Assembly: GCA_964016885.1 (NCBI GenBank)
Contig: OZ024740.1
Span: 96,472,001-96,536,000, forward strand
DNA: 64,000 nt
DNA from: Eledone cirrhosa
Taxonomy: Eukaryota
Direction of reading: 5' to 3'
Shown: positions 24,521 to 38,798 of the stretch, in pieces
Numbering within the stretch: position 1 is the first letter of the stretch
Layout: each line of letters begins with the position of its first letter
The notes under the pieces: model-generated
Databases searched by the model: none
The model's input: only the letters and a program-made list of their open reading frames with translations
Told to the model about the DNA's origin: nothing
Translations under genes and position numbers: made by a program

Positions 24521-26534
24521 TTATTATTCACTATATTTTTCATCGAAGTAATTTTCCTAATTTGTTTAGTTAATAACTTTTTAGAATTATTATTTTTCAC
24601 TCGAGTTATTTTGTTGCATATTGGATTTATTAAAATGTATGAAAGAAAACAACAGAACGTAATATATAGCTATACAAATTGGCAATTTCAAGACAAATCG
24701 AGGAAAATAGCTGCCATTGGACGAGCAAAATTATTCTCCACGTATTCTATTTTAGAATGTTCAGATTGGAATATTTTGTATGTTCATGCCTTCACATAGT
24801 TAAAACTAACGAAAACATACACATGTAAAATGGATTTATTTTGACATTGACGGCAGGTATAAATGCATTAATCAACAAAACTATTATGGGAATGTGATTT
24901 CTGTAGTCAACACCAGTTTTCGTTTCATAGATTACCTGACATTTTCTTATGTCGAAATACAAAACTCGTGAAGTCGAGAAAGTATTTGTGTATAAACAAT
25001 GTATCTGGTAATTAACGTGAAAATGAATGGGAAAATCTCGTAGTTGTGCTAATGCAATATCTGAAGTGTTAGTCAGAAATAGACCGAACAGATTTCTTTA
25101 ATTTTAAGATGCTGCCAATCAAATTATAATGTGAATATGGTATAACGAGACATCTAGAAGAAAGGAGTTGGTCCGTCATTGATAATGTCCTAAAATGTAT
25201 CTAAATAGTTGACATAAATATTTGTAAATGAAAAGAACAGTGTCATTTGATTGCTATGATGGGATCATTATAACATTGACATTTAGTGATAGTACAATAC
25301 ACATTAATGCAACGTTGACAATGGAGAAGAGGAATATTTATAAAGGTTGTAGATATCTGTCCTGGGGCAATCGTAGTGCCCATTTCTGCAGACGTAATAC
25401 ATGTGGGTCAGTTTCAGAAGGAAAGACATATTCTCAAAGAAAGTTCTGCTCAGGGTTATAAATCTTTGTAACAGGGACTGGCATGTGCTCTACCACTATC
25501 ACTGATGCTACACAAACAATATTTATGGATAAAGTATAAAGGTTAAAGATATATTTCTCTCAGATCATTCCATAGAGTATTAAAAAAAAAACACGACCAA
25601 CGTTACATAAGGCGATCCGTGATAAGTTATGTCTGAAGCAGGTCTAGTTATAACAGGATTGCATTTGGCTGTAGGATTCATCGATCTAGTCATACCCAAA
25701 TATATGGGGTTATTACTCGAGTTCATATATGGTTTAAAACGGTCTAGTGTATGTTAAATCTGATACTACAATATATCATTTTGTCAGGTCAGATTTCATG
25801 ATTTGCTACAAGAAAACGAATTAATAAGTGTTCGTTGTCAGGCTGTCAATAACAAAAACGAAATCCTTCTTAATGTTATGATTCTGGTGCTTCAAATATA
25901 AATGGTCCACCTTATATAACAGAAAACCATAATTGTCCACAACAATCCATGAAGTAAATAAGTATTTAACGGGAATCCATCCTATCTCCAAATAGAGCCG
26001 GTTCAAATGAAGGCATGTGAGTAATCTCAACAATAATGTATAACTTCAGACTTTATGTAACTTTACGGTGACAAAGTAGACACAAGTCCCTTGATAATGT
26101 CGAGGACTACCTAAGATGAACTAAAAAAATCACGGACGAAGTAAACAACCTCCCAAATAAACCGTCATTCATTTTAGTTAGAAATTGTATTAAAGTATTT
26201 CGAGATTATTTACATCTACCATATTTATATTAATTCATAAAAGTGGAAATATATTAGGAAAGCATTGCTTTCTAAAATGATAAGCCTCCAACACACACGC
26301 ACAGAAACACACACGCACGCACACACACACACATACACACACACACACACACGCACACACACACACTGACACATAAACATAACATACGTATATACATATT
26401 TATTTTCTTTTTAAAAGGGGGTAGACATTACAATACAACGGGGAGTAACAATAGTAAAACTGATGATGTCACGGAAGTAACAATAGTAACTCAGATGATG
26501 AAAGGATGTTGATTGACTATATATATATATTAAT

Positions 26535-26708
26535 ATCTGTATTTTTCACCGTTGGTCAACCAAAATAACCATTGATTGCCACATAAATTATCTATAGAGA
26601 TATAAAAGGTACAGAAGTTACAACCAATCCAAACCAAACAGTGAGTGTATTTTATCATTATTTCAGGCAATATTATAACAATAGAACCCTTCCCAAATAT
26701 AACAATAT
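26535..26708 (+). mobile_element. Diverged pLTR/tail of a family C-like PLE
   Basis: ACCGTTGGTCA..GATATAAAAG..AACCAAACAGTGAGTGT..GGCAATATTA..ACCCTTCCCAAATATAACAATAT aligns with 38460-38640. Confidence 0.7.
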
Positions 26709-29215
26709 ATTTGACATCAATAATTACTACTCCTCCATTACTTTACCACTTCTCCTTAGAGCTATCAATTTCGCTAAAACACTCACAGTGGTTAAGGATT
26801 TCGAAGTTGATGTCATCCTCAACACCCGTAAGTCGGTGATTAATTTCGACGACTCTATTTGGATTAAAACATCTAATAGTACCCCATTCAACATGAGTAT
26901 GGGCCACAGCGATTCTGCGGAGGTTACTGATCTTATCGGCCTTTTCCTTCTTTTCTCTATCAAGGAAGAATTCCCAAGAGTGGGCGTTGGTTTGTACCGT
27001 GATGATGGTCTTTTGACCATTACAAAGTGCTGCCCACGTGCTGGCGACAGGTTCAGTAAAGAACTCACAGCCTTATTTAAAGGCTTCAACTTCTCCATAC
27101 AGGTTGAGGCCAACATCTCGGTCGTTAATTACGTCGACGTTACCCTCAATTTATCGAATGGCTTGCACTACCCGTATAGTAAGCCGAATGATACGCTTAA
27201 TTACATAAGTAAGCATTCTAACCATCCTGCCAGCATAACCAAAAAGCTGGTACGAAACGTTTCTTTGAGGCTTTCCCGTCTATCTACTAACAAGCATATT
27301 TTCAACGACCATTCCACATATTATAATGAAGCTCTTGCTCGGCGTGGATTTGTCGGTAAGATAGAATATACAGAGTATGAGAATACACCTAGAAAAAATA
27401 GATCCCGATGCATTATATGGTATACCACACTATATAATATGGAGGTGGCCACACCATGAGCTAAGATCTTTCTCTACCTTATTATGAAGCATTTTCCCCC
27501 AACACATATATATAGTAACATTTTAAATAGAAATACCATTACAACTTGTTACTCTACGACTCCTAACATTGCACATAACATCACCGCTTCAAATTTAGCT
27601 AAACTACCTGGCAGTAGGAATACATGCAACCCTGTAGCTATTACTAAATGTAATTGTAGGAATCCGGTTGACTGCCCTCTATCCGGGAAATGAGTCTCTA
27701 GTAACATTGTCTACAACTGTAATGCTGAAACACCCATGTCCCGTAGAGCCTACATAGGGTTAACCGCTAATAGATTCAAGCAGCCTCTTTACATGCATAC
27801 CCATTCTTTTCTTAACCATTTAAGAAGGAATATGACGTCATTTTCAGCTTATATCTGATAATATAAGTTATACTTATATTTGATAATATAAGTTATACTG
27901 GGAGATCCTAGCTAGGGCTAGTACGTTTAACGGAAATAAGAGACCATGTGACATCTGCACCGCTGAGGCCCTGGAAATACTCTACGCCAAAGACCACATC
28001 TTAAACCAAAAATATGAGGCAATTTCGGCTTGTAAACATAAATTGCACAAACCCTTCCTGCGTTACAACCCCACATTATACCCTAACGGATACTACTAAC
28101 TATACGCGGATACTTTACGTCTTGATGTGGTAGCTAAGTATATGTTATGTTTATACCATTACTTATTTGTATAGGTAAGTATATAGCTGTATGTTCTGTG
28201 AAGGTACGTATACTTTCTCGTACGTATATTTGATTGTATATGTTATGGCGTATATTTTATATATTCTAGTACATAAGCATTTCGTTATGTGCATACGCCA
28301 GTTTTGCGTCTCTGTGAGTATGTGGGTTTGTACCTTATGTAGGTATGTGTATATTTGTACTTTGTATTTTGGTTGACGTATGTCTCCGAACATTTGTGTA
28401 TTTACATGTAGGTATGTGTGTGCACGGGTTATATACGTATTTATTTATTTATATACGTTTATGTAACTATATATATATACACACACACACACACATATAT
28501 ATGTATATATATTTTACATATATTTTTATGTGTATTTGGTGTATGTATTCGTATGTGTGCGGGTACAGACGTTGCGTGGGTTCTATATGTGTGTGCGGTT
28601 TTTGTTGTTTTTTTCGTGTACGTGCTTGTACTTGTACACCTATGTTGAGTGTATCCGTGTATGCTTGTGTATGTACGTATATGGATGCGTGTATGTATTT
28701 ATTTAATTTCAATTCCTTCTGTATTTTATTTACTTTAATTTTGACTCTGAAGCCGAGAATATTTCGGCTTCCCAGTTAGAATTTAAGTCTACGACTTCAG
28801 TTATACCATTTACGTTGTTTTCTCTTTACGTGCTATTGTTCTCCCCGCTCCACATATGACGTACTAACTTCGTTTTCTTTTCGTTCATTGCCAGAGAACG
28901 GCTAAATGAACTACCGAATAGAATATTAGTCTACGACATCTTTTATACAATAAACGTGGTTTTGTCTTTGCGTGTAATTGTTTTTCACCGCTCCAAATAA
29001 AAACGTATAATCTTCGTTTTTTTTCGTTCTTTGCCAGGCAACGTTTCCACGAAACAAAGTATAGTCTTCCCGTCATCCTCCGGTTGCAACTTTTTTTTAA
29101 ATATTTACATCTGCTTCACAGATTGCCTTTTTTTAATTTCAGAAGATCCCGTTAACGGTGAAAGCAGCGATTCTTTGCTTAAACGTTAATCTGTTATTTT
29201 AATAAATAAATAAAT
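26709..29215 (+). mobile_element. 5'-truncated PLE family A copy (RT from FDINNYY through GIY-YIG, 3' region, pLTR with HHR at 29135-29185)
   Basis: ORFs 26641-27459 (LYRDDGL) and 27484-27693. Collinear reverse complement of 3108-5480. Confidence 0.92.
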
Positions 29216-30486
29216 ATATATATATATATATATATATATTGGTAAAAGGAAAAGAAAATGCTGACAAATTGTTCCCAGTGAAAAATATTTTAATTAGGAA
29301 TAAGTAAAAAATAGTAATAGTATTGTTTAGTATTCAGTTTTGGTTTTAAGTTTTACCGGTTGCGCAATTCTAATGCTTTTTGAAAATAATTTAGAGATAG
29401 AGCGCCAGTGATGTTTGCTCTAACCTGATTAGTTTTGGAAATTCAACCTGTTTTATGTAAAAAAAAAGTGGCTCCAGATGGATGAAAAAATTATTGTGGA
29501 CAAATCAATTTTCATCGGTCGGTAGAGGTCATGTGAATGTAAAAATTGATTTTGCGCCAAATCTAGGTTTGTCTCGGCTGGTTGAGAAGTCACTGAAAAA
29601 TAAGTATTTCTAAGACAAATATGTGTGTGTGTATGTGTGTAGTGGTAGTAAAGAGGTTCGTTGTTGTGATAATGGTCAGCAGGGATGTGTATGTGCGAAC
29701 CGCAGCCCGTTGACAGTTCAAATGCCTATTAAGACAAGTGTGTGTGTGTGTGGGCGCGTGTTTGTATGTGTGTGTAGCAGAATAATTCGTGGTAGAGGGA
29801 TGGTCAGTAGGAATGTGTCTGTACGTGTGTGGGGGGATATTTTTACATGTTAAAAGATATTTTTCAGCTGTTGTCTTATACGCAGAAGTGTGTGTGTGTG
29901 TGTGTATATGTCTCTTTGTATGTTAATGTACGCGTGTGTATGTGTGTGTGTATATATGTGTGTGTGTATATATATATGTGTGTGTGTATGTGGGTGGACC
30001 AGTATTTTTGTGATACTGGTAAAAATGGTGTACATTATTCGAAATTTTCTGTAAAGACGATTCTCTCAATAGAACATCAAAAACCTTAATAATAAAAGGT
30101 GTGAAATGATATATAGTATTGACATAATACCAAGGTGTGTGTGAGTTCGCAGATTGTACGTACTGCAAGGGGAATCCATTAGGCCTTGCCGTATTGGAAT
30201 ACTTGTGTACAAATATGTATGTGCCCATCAGTGTGCGATGCATGTGTGCGTATATGTATGTGTGTGTGTCGGCAAGTTTATATCTATAGACATCAAAAGG
30301 TATACAGATTTGTGTATATTTGTGTTGCACCATATAACATGTGTGTTTACGTATATCATTGTGTTTATATGTGGATAGAGATGTATGCTGATGTAGGTAT
30401 GTATGTTGACGTGTGTATGCTGTGGGTTCGTCTTAGGGAGAAGTGTTTAGACGGGGTCCGTATTTGTTAATATATATATATATATA

Positions 30487-30698
30487 GTGGTGGAACACTG
30501 GAAGCTAATATCCGTAGTGGTAGAGCACTCAGACAACGAGACGAGTTAGGTAGAAGTGGTTACACAACAATTAGTTCACCGTACCGAGAACAATTGATTC
30601 ACCTTAGCGGATCCTCCGCTCGTAATATTTAGCTGAGGATCCGCTTAGGTGAAACTATTGTTCGTAGTACAACGAACTAATTGTTGTGTAACCATTTT
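30487..30698. mobile_element. Fold-back mini-element with opposed minimal HHRs (30585-30622 -, 30631-30664 +) and a one-sided tail
   Basis: Arm consensus CGAG-CTGAGGA-T-CC gctaa GG-T-GAAA-CAATTG-T-T-CTCG; flanked by (TA)n. Confidence 0.78.
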
Positions 30699-30711
30699 AT
30701 ATATATATATA

Positions 30712-31683
30712 TATATATATATGAATGTATATATAGTGTATTTTGCAATAAACTGTATGCTTAATTAAAAGCATTTTGAAGACCTTACGCTATTGCTTTA
30801 GAGTAGTAACAGTCTCACTTACTTTACATTTTCAGCAAAGAGGGGAGATAAAGCTGACATTGGTCTGTTTCGTACTATTTGGTACTTATCAAAGCTAAGT
30901 ACTCCACCTGTCTGCTGAAAATCATGAATGTTTGATTCTTATAGAATTCTAGTAATAATCAGGCACTGATTATACAGATCGGTTGCCGGTCAGGCAGAAA
31001 TGGGAAATTAGAATTGGTGCTCTGAAATAGAAATATATATATGAATGTATATATAGTGTATTTTCCAATACACTGTATGCTTAATTAATTCCTGATTAAT
31101 TACTAGAATTATATAAGAATCAAACATTCAAGATTTTCAGCAGACAGGTGGAGTACTTAGCTTTGATAAGTACCAAATAGTATGAAACATAGCTCTGTCA
31201 GCTTTATCTCCCCTGTTTGCTGAAAATTTAAAGTGAGACTGTCACTATTCTAAAACAATAGCGTAAGGTCTTCAACATGATTTTAATTAAGCATACAGTG
31301 TATTGCAAAATACACTATATATACATACGTATATATATCGCTATTTCAGAGCAACAATTCTAATTTTCAATTTCTGCCTGACCGGCAACCACTCGGTATA
31401 ATCTGTTCCTGATTATTACTAGAGTTCTATAAGAATCAAACATTCATGATTTTCAGCAGCGAGGCGGAGTATTTAGCTTTGATCAGTACCAAGTAGTACG
31501 AAACAGAGCTCTGCCAGCTTTATCTCCCCACTTTGCTGAACATTTAAAGTAAGTGGGACTGTCACTACTCTAAAACAATAGCGTAAGTCTTCAAAATGCT
31601 TTTAATTAAGCATACAGTGTATTGCAAAACACACTATATATACATTCATATATATATCGCTATTTCAGAGCACCAATGCTAAT
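30712..31683. mobile_element. Array of ~316-bp non-coding monomers, each with a U3-A8 HHR (retrozyme-like); about 1.2 units on - followed by about 1.9 units on +
   Basis: HHRs at 30852-30896 (-), 31159-31203 (+) and 31475-31519 (+). Consensus AGCT-TTGATAA-GTAC caaata GTAC-GAAA-CAGAGCTCTG-T-C-AGCT. Confidence 0.88.
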
Positions 31684-31819
31684 ATATATATATATATATA
31701 TATATATGTCTGTCTGTGACTTATTTACACTGGTCACAGAAATACATAAACACACATATATATATAAGTATATATGTGTCTGTGTATGTATGTGTGTATA
31801 TACATATATATATATATGT

Positions 31820-32260
31820 GTGAGGTCAATCTTGAGGGCTACTGGTAACATGTTACCCAGTACAACTTGTCGCATGGTGGAGTCTTCGGCGTGTAAACCG
31901 GCAACCCCACCAAGTTTACTAGGTGAGGAGGGTGATTTTGGACACCAAGCAGGACAAAGAACAAAAGCTGACAAAGGGCGGAAGAACTCATGAGAGTCAA
32001 CGGCTCTCCAAAAGTATGTAAATATGTATATATACACATGTATCGCGCTGTTAAACCAAGGGAATGAAGGACCCCTATACTTTGTCATGGCATTCTTCTA
32101 GCTGAAGGCAACTCAGGAAACTGGGATAACTCCGATATAAAACCTGCGGCTCAGTAGTTACCGATGATGATGATCTTTTCTTCTTTTCGGGTTATAGCTA
32201 TTGTCACTCAGAGAGTGGGATTGGCTCAGTGCACATTCTTTCCTCACTTAAAAAAATATC
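31820..32260 (+). mobile_element. Probable RTE-clade LINE 5' UTR remnant
   Basis: GC-richer segment with ACTTGTCGCATGGTGGAG and GAAGGCAACTC...AAACCTGCGGC, reminiscent of RTE 5' regions (recognised from memory). Confidence 0.35.
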
Positions 32261-32355
32261 TTCACGCACAGGCATTACACGATAGAATTAATTAATAATT
32301 ATTAATTATGGTATATCGTGCAATATCCATATTCGATAGCGAGGGGGCAGCGATC

Positions 32356-33360
<1,005 letters not shown>

Positions 33361-33399
33361 AAAAAAATATATATATTATATGTATATATACAATTATAT

Positions 33400-33445
<46 letters not shown>

Positions 33446-33817
33446 ATATATATATATATACATATATAACTTTCGATATCGGTAAGAAAAATATTTTTAT
33501 ATCGATGTTTGACGGGCATCCGCTGATGATTTATAAGTGCCCACATGCATATATTCCTACGGACTATGTGTAGGCTTCTACATGACCTGGACATGATTTT
33601 CCCAACTTGTAGAAAACTTATAATGAAACAATTGTTTGGAAAGGGAGATGTATTTTAATTATGTCTCATATAAAATAATACAACTGGCTATCCGCAAAAT
33701 ACATATGGTTAGCACCCCAAACTTAAAATTGGGATTATACTAAGGTATATCCTAATGTTTGTTGAGTGAGATGGAAGCCAGTCAGAGTATTGCTTAAAGC
33801 TTTCTCTGTTAATGTAT

Positions 33818-33895
<78 letters not shown>

Positions 33896-33900
<5 letters not shown>

Positions 33901-34322
33901 ATGAAATGACAGGAGGCTGGATTTGTGTAAATCTTTGAAAGGTTTATTATACTATGATCATTTTAATGACCGGGTTCCGTATGAATACGGTGATATCATC
34001 AGATATTCGAAATATAATACGTGAATATAATAGATAAAATCCATGAGGCTGAAATTCGAGGACCCGAGGGCGACCGCTATTCTGTTCCTTCAACTTCATA
34101 CGGAACCCGGTCATTGAAATGATCATAGTATAATAAAGCTTTCAAGGATTGACACAAATCGAGCCTCCTGTCATTTCATTATAATATTTAACTCCGTAAT
34201 AGCACCACCAACTACAAAAACAAAGACGGTTGAACTGCCTTACATTGAGTACTCTCTATATTATTGAATTACGATTGACCATACGGAATAGACCAGCTAT
34301 ATACAGTGGTGAACCTCAAACC

Positions 34323-34327
<5 letters not shown>
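33896..34327. mobile_element. Fold-back family D copy (33896-33985 versus 34096-34187, plus tail); HHR at 33949-34006 (-)
   Basis: CTGATGA core with palindromic helix III ATGATCAT; homologous to 32476-32800. Confidence 0.75.
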
Positions 34328-34362
<35 letters not shown>

Positions 34363-34477
34363 TTGTAATAAAATGAAAACGAAATTTCATTGCTCACTCT
34401 TAGTACGGCACTTACTTAAATGTAAGTATGTATGTATACGTACATACATATATGTATACAGACGTAGAGTAGCATGC

Positions 34478-34508
<31 letters not shown>

Positions 34509-34633
34509 CATACATATATATATATATATACACACAGGTACACATACATATATGTACGTATCAGTTTATCTGGTTACCGCGACCACTGTGCTACCAATAC
34601 ACTAACACATCACCCATCTCTCTCTTACTTACT

Positions 34634-34679
<46 letters not shown>

Positions 34680-34682
<3 letters not shown>

Positions 34683-34750
34683 ATGTGTTAGTGTATTGGT
34701 AGCACAGTGGTCGCGATAACCAGAGGTGTGGGTTCGACTCCCATGTACGT
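34680..34750 (+). mobile_element. tRNA-like SINE head, with an inverted partial copy at 34568-34613
   Basis: A-box TAGTGTATTGGT and B-box GGTTCGACTCC; poor acceptor stem. Confidence 0.55.
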
Positions 34751-34837
34751 CAATACTCATCTTTTTCCATTTATCTGAGGGTTCTAAACCCATTTATCAG
34801 GCTAACATTCCTTTACTCAATAATACGGTGAAAGCTA

Positions 34838-34896
<59 letters not shown>

Positions 34897-35003
34897 CAAG
34901 ATGTATGATAGGTCGTATGTGAATCGCGAAGAACACGTCTGACCTACCAAATATGTGACGGTAGCTAGTTAATCTCTATGCGTATAAGCAGATCAGAAAT
35001 ATA

Positions 35004-36149
35004 AGTGAAAAAGAACAAAGGAACTATTATGACATTATAACGAGTTTATTGCCGACAGCCGTTTCGTCCGACCTTATGGTGGGACTTTTCAAGGCATATA
35101 ACATGTGATTGTAAGATCATTATTTACATCAACGTATCACTCAATTGAAATTGTGGTATACATCAGCAGCTCCGCTTTTATAGTTGGGGTCTATATTCTA
35201 AGGGGGCTCTTTTATATTAGTTGTCGGGGTCAGGGATTGAAGGTTAAAAATTAGATAATATATAATTTACGCATTAAAAGTAAAAATTAAATTAAAAGAC
35301 TTGGGATCTCGTAGAAGCACCTTAAAAAATCCCTCAATAAGTGCATAAAGCTTACAGGCTCCAATAAACCTAATAAACTAGAAGAAATTAAGAGGCTAAT
35401 CAAATAAAAAAATAAAAATATAAAATTTCCCTAAAAAATATAAAGTTTCCTAAGAAATTCCTTTGACAGAAAACATTTTTTTCGAAAGAAAAAAACTTTC
35501 TTCCCCCGAGATCACATTAACAAATTTCAGAAAACTTACGAAGTTTTGATATTCCCTACTAGGTTGAAAGAAACTAATCAATTAAAGGTTAATTCAAAGA
35601 GCCTTGAATAAATCTCTCAGAAAAGGCCCCTTTAATACTTTTAATAGGAACATCCTCCGAGAGACCCTTCGAAGAATTAAAATTTTAGAGAGTCTTTAAG
35701 GATATATATAAACGAATTGAGGAAAATTACAAATTAAAAGTTAAAAATTACGGTATGTGGGATATCCGAGGAATTTTCAAAGGGCTGCTTCAACAGATAC
35801 GACTTAGGCATAATAGATACAATAATTTAAGTAATTTAAGTAATTTAATTAGGGAGCAATTCATAGAGTATATCAAGTTGGGCAAGATTAAAGAAAGTGG
35901 TAACTAATATAAGAAAGTGGTAACTAATTAAAAACTAATATAAAAGAGACCCCTTAGAATATAGACCCCAACTATACAAGCGGAGCTGCTGATGTATACA
36001 ACAATTTCAATTGAGTGATACGTTGATGTAAATAATGATCTTACAATCACATGTTATATGCCTTGAAAAGTACCACCATAAGGTCGGACAAACGGCTGTC
36101 GGCAATAAACTTGTTATAATGTCATAATAGCTCCTTTGTTCTTTTTCAC

Positions 36150-36152
<3 letters not shown>
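35004..36152. mobile_element. Element with ~215-bp inverted arms carrying U3-A8 HHRs (35050-35096 -, 36059-36104 +) around an A-rich spacer, family E
   Basis: TGCC-TTGAAAA-GTCC..GGAC-GAAA-CGGCTG-T-C-GGCA; the + copy has lost G12. Confidence 0.8.
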
Positions 36153-36193
<41 letters not shown>

Positions 36194-36225
36194 ATTATGT
36201 ATACGTATATGTATATATATGTATA

Positions 36226-36306
<81 letters not shown>

Positions 36307-36559
36307 GTATGTGTGCGCGTGTGTGTGTGCATCTGTATATATATATATATATATATCATTATATACACATACATATATATACACATATATACACACTTAA
36401 AGCCTTCCTAATTAGCAGGAAATATTCGGAATCCAGAACGTGTCCCAACACAAGGTATATGATGCATAAGACTTAATATTTAGTTTCCAAATTTGAGTTA
36501 GATAAGGTAATGCTGTATTCACTTCTTTGAAGACACCTCTTATAATTTTATTAATTAAA

Positions 36560-36915
36560 AAACACCACCTTTCTCTCTCTCTTTTCCATTTTGTTTCTAT
36601 GTCTCATTTCCCCTCTTTTTCTATGTCTCTCTTTCCACCTTCTCTCTCAGAACCACTATCTCTTTCACGCTATCCTTTTCTCTCTCTATTTATGAAGGTA
36701 CCCGAAAAAACCCCGTATCTCGGGAACACGTTCTCCGATTTAGGCTTGCTAGCACGCAAGCAATCACGGAGTTTCAGTAGTATGCTAGACGACTCAAAAC
36801 CCGTTGGGTCATATTCACTTTAAAATATTTTCGAAAAATCATATTCACTTAACAATAATATTTAAAAAATTAAAATATACACAGGCATGTATATAATATG
36901 AAATGAAACTGGAAG
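36560..36915 (+). repeat. Unclassified interspersed repeat (relatives on - at about 59940-60500 and 60690-61150)
   Basis: Shared ATGAAGGT..CCCCGTATCTCGGGA..CCGATTTA..GCAAGCAATCACG..CCCGTTGGGTCA blocks and a CT-rich segment. Confidence 0.6.
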
Positions 36916-36990
36916 GCGCTTATATATGCGCGTGTGTATGTATATATATAAATGTGTGTGTTTGTTTACATTAATATATGTGTTTGTATG

Positions 36991-37202
<212 letters not shown>

Positions 37203-37387
37203 TATATATATATGTATATATATATATATTTACCCTCGCGTCCCCTTTATTTACGTGTCCCAACGACTTTTTTTAGCCGTTGCTCACACCAACCGGAGGT
37301 ATATGGTTTTTAAAGCGATGAAATGCCTATGATAGTTGGAAGATCACTGATGAAGGACAAACTTTTTTCATATATATATATATATAT

Positions 37388-38683
37388 ATTGTTATATTGT
37401 TATACTTGGGGAGGGTCATATTTCTGTAATATTGCCAGAATTAATAACAGAAAACACTCACTGTTTAGTTGGTTTTCGGCTTTCGCTTCTGTGTCTTTTA
37501 TATCGGTAATCTAATTTAGTCGGTCTTCAACGTTGCCATTGACTGACCAACGGTCAAAAATACAGATACAATATAGACACAAGCACATATATATAATTTA
37601 TCAAAGGAGGGGAATTAGCTAACCAGTGTAGGAAGTCCCTGAGAAAGACCCACTTAAATATTAAGGTGGTAGAAAAGCAAGGAACCACCATAAAATCCCT
37701 GATCAGCAAAACCTACCCTTTTAATAAAACCCACTGTGCTAATAGGAAATGTATCATATGTAAAGTAAACCCCCGGATAAACTGTAAAACTAGAAACGTA
37801 GTCAATAGCATAAGATGTACAGAGGGTACTTGCAGAAACATGAAAACAACATACATAGGCGAGACAGCTCGTAGCATATGTGAAAGGATAGACCAATACT
37901 GGGGGGAACTAAAAGGACGAAAAAACGGTTCAGTACTATACGAACATGCCAGACAACAACACGACTGTAACATAGACAACATAGAAATTAGAATAATATC
38001 TAAACATAGAAATGACCCAGCAGATAAGCAAATCAGAGAGGCCAGTGAAATAGAACCTAGAAGGCCAAGGCTAAACAGAAAAAAATGAATGGAATAACAA
38101 CAACACCCAAACAAACAACACTGACCTAAGAGAAGTATAAATAAATAAATACATTCACAAGCACAATAACAAACAGACACTTATAAACACACACTTGTAA
38201 AGATAGAATACAATAACCAATACACAGTCAACCAATCACGTTCACTCATCAAACAGAAAATTATACACAAAAGCAAACGCATGCGCAAAGAAGACAAAAT
38301 AAAATAAACAAATAAATAAATATATAAACAGACTAAATAAAGAGGGCGTAGAAAATACAATGCAACGGGAGGAAACAATAGCACTACTGACGATATTGCA
38401 GATGTGCAACGAAAGAAATTTCATAAACTATATATATGTGTTTGTGTAAATATTGTATCTGTATTATTTTTGACCGTTGGTCAGTCAATGGCAACATTGA
38501 GGACCGAATAAATTAGATTACCGATATAAAAGACACAGAAGCGAAAAGAGAAAAGCGAAAACCAACCAAACAGTGAGTGTGTTCTGTTATTAATTCTGGC
38601 AATATTACACAAATATGACCCTCCCCAAGTATAACAATATTTGTTTCGACACACGATTTCATATCAAAATCCTCGCAAAACTA
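37388..38683 (+). mobile_element. Truncated PLE family C: GIY-YIG fragment (37666-38088) between inverted pLTRs
   Basis: CANRKCIIC..CKTRNVV..TYIGETARS..ER..VLYEH..H..DPADKQIREA..LNRK. 37395-37600 is inverted relative to 38425-38640. HHR-like core CTGACGA..GAAA at 38387-38414. Confidence 0.88.
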
Positions 38684-38684
38684 A

Positions 38685-38717
<33 letters not shown>

Positions 38718-38718
38718 A

Positions 38719-38798
<80 letters not shown>

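Noticed and set aside
27691-27693. In-frame TGA at a conserved Cys of the GIY-YIG region (CPLSGK*VSSNIVY), suggestive of selenocysteine as described for some Naiad PLEs
   Set aside because: The paralogous copy near 4500 has TGC at this codon, this copy has other random stops, and I identified no SECIS. Most likely decay; a family consensus plus a SECIS search would settle it.
30712-31683. CRISPR-like or prokaryotic system in the repeated units
   Set aside because: Eukaryotic context with no short repeat-spacer structure or cas genes; the units are whole tandem monomers.
34680-34750. Possible tRNA gene
   Set aside because: A and B boxes are present but there is no convincing cloverleaf, and a partial inverted duplicate lies nearby; treated as a SINE head.
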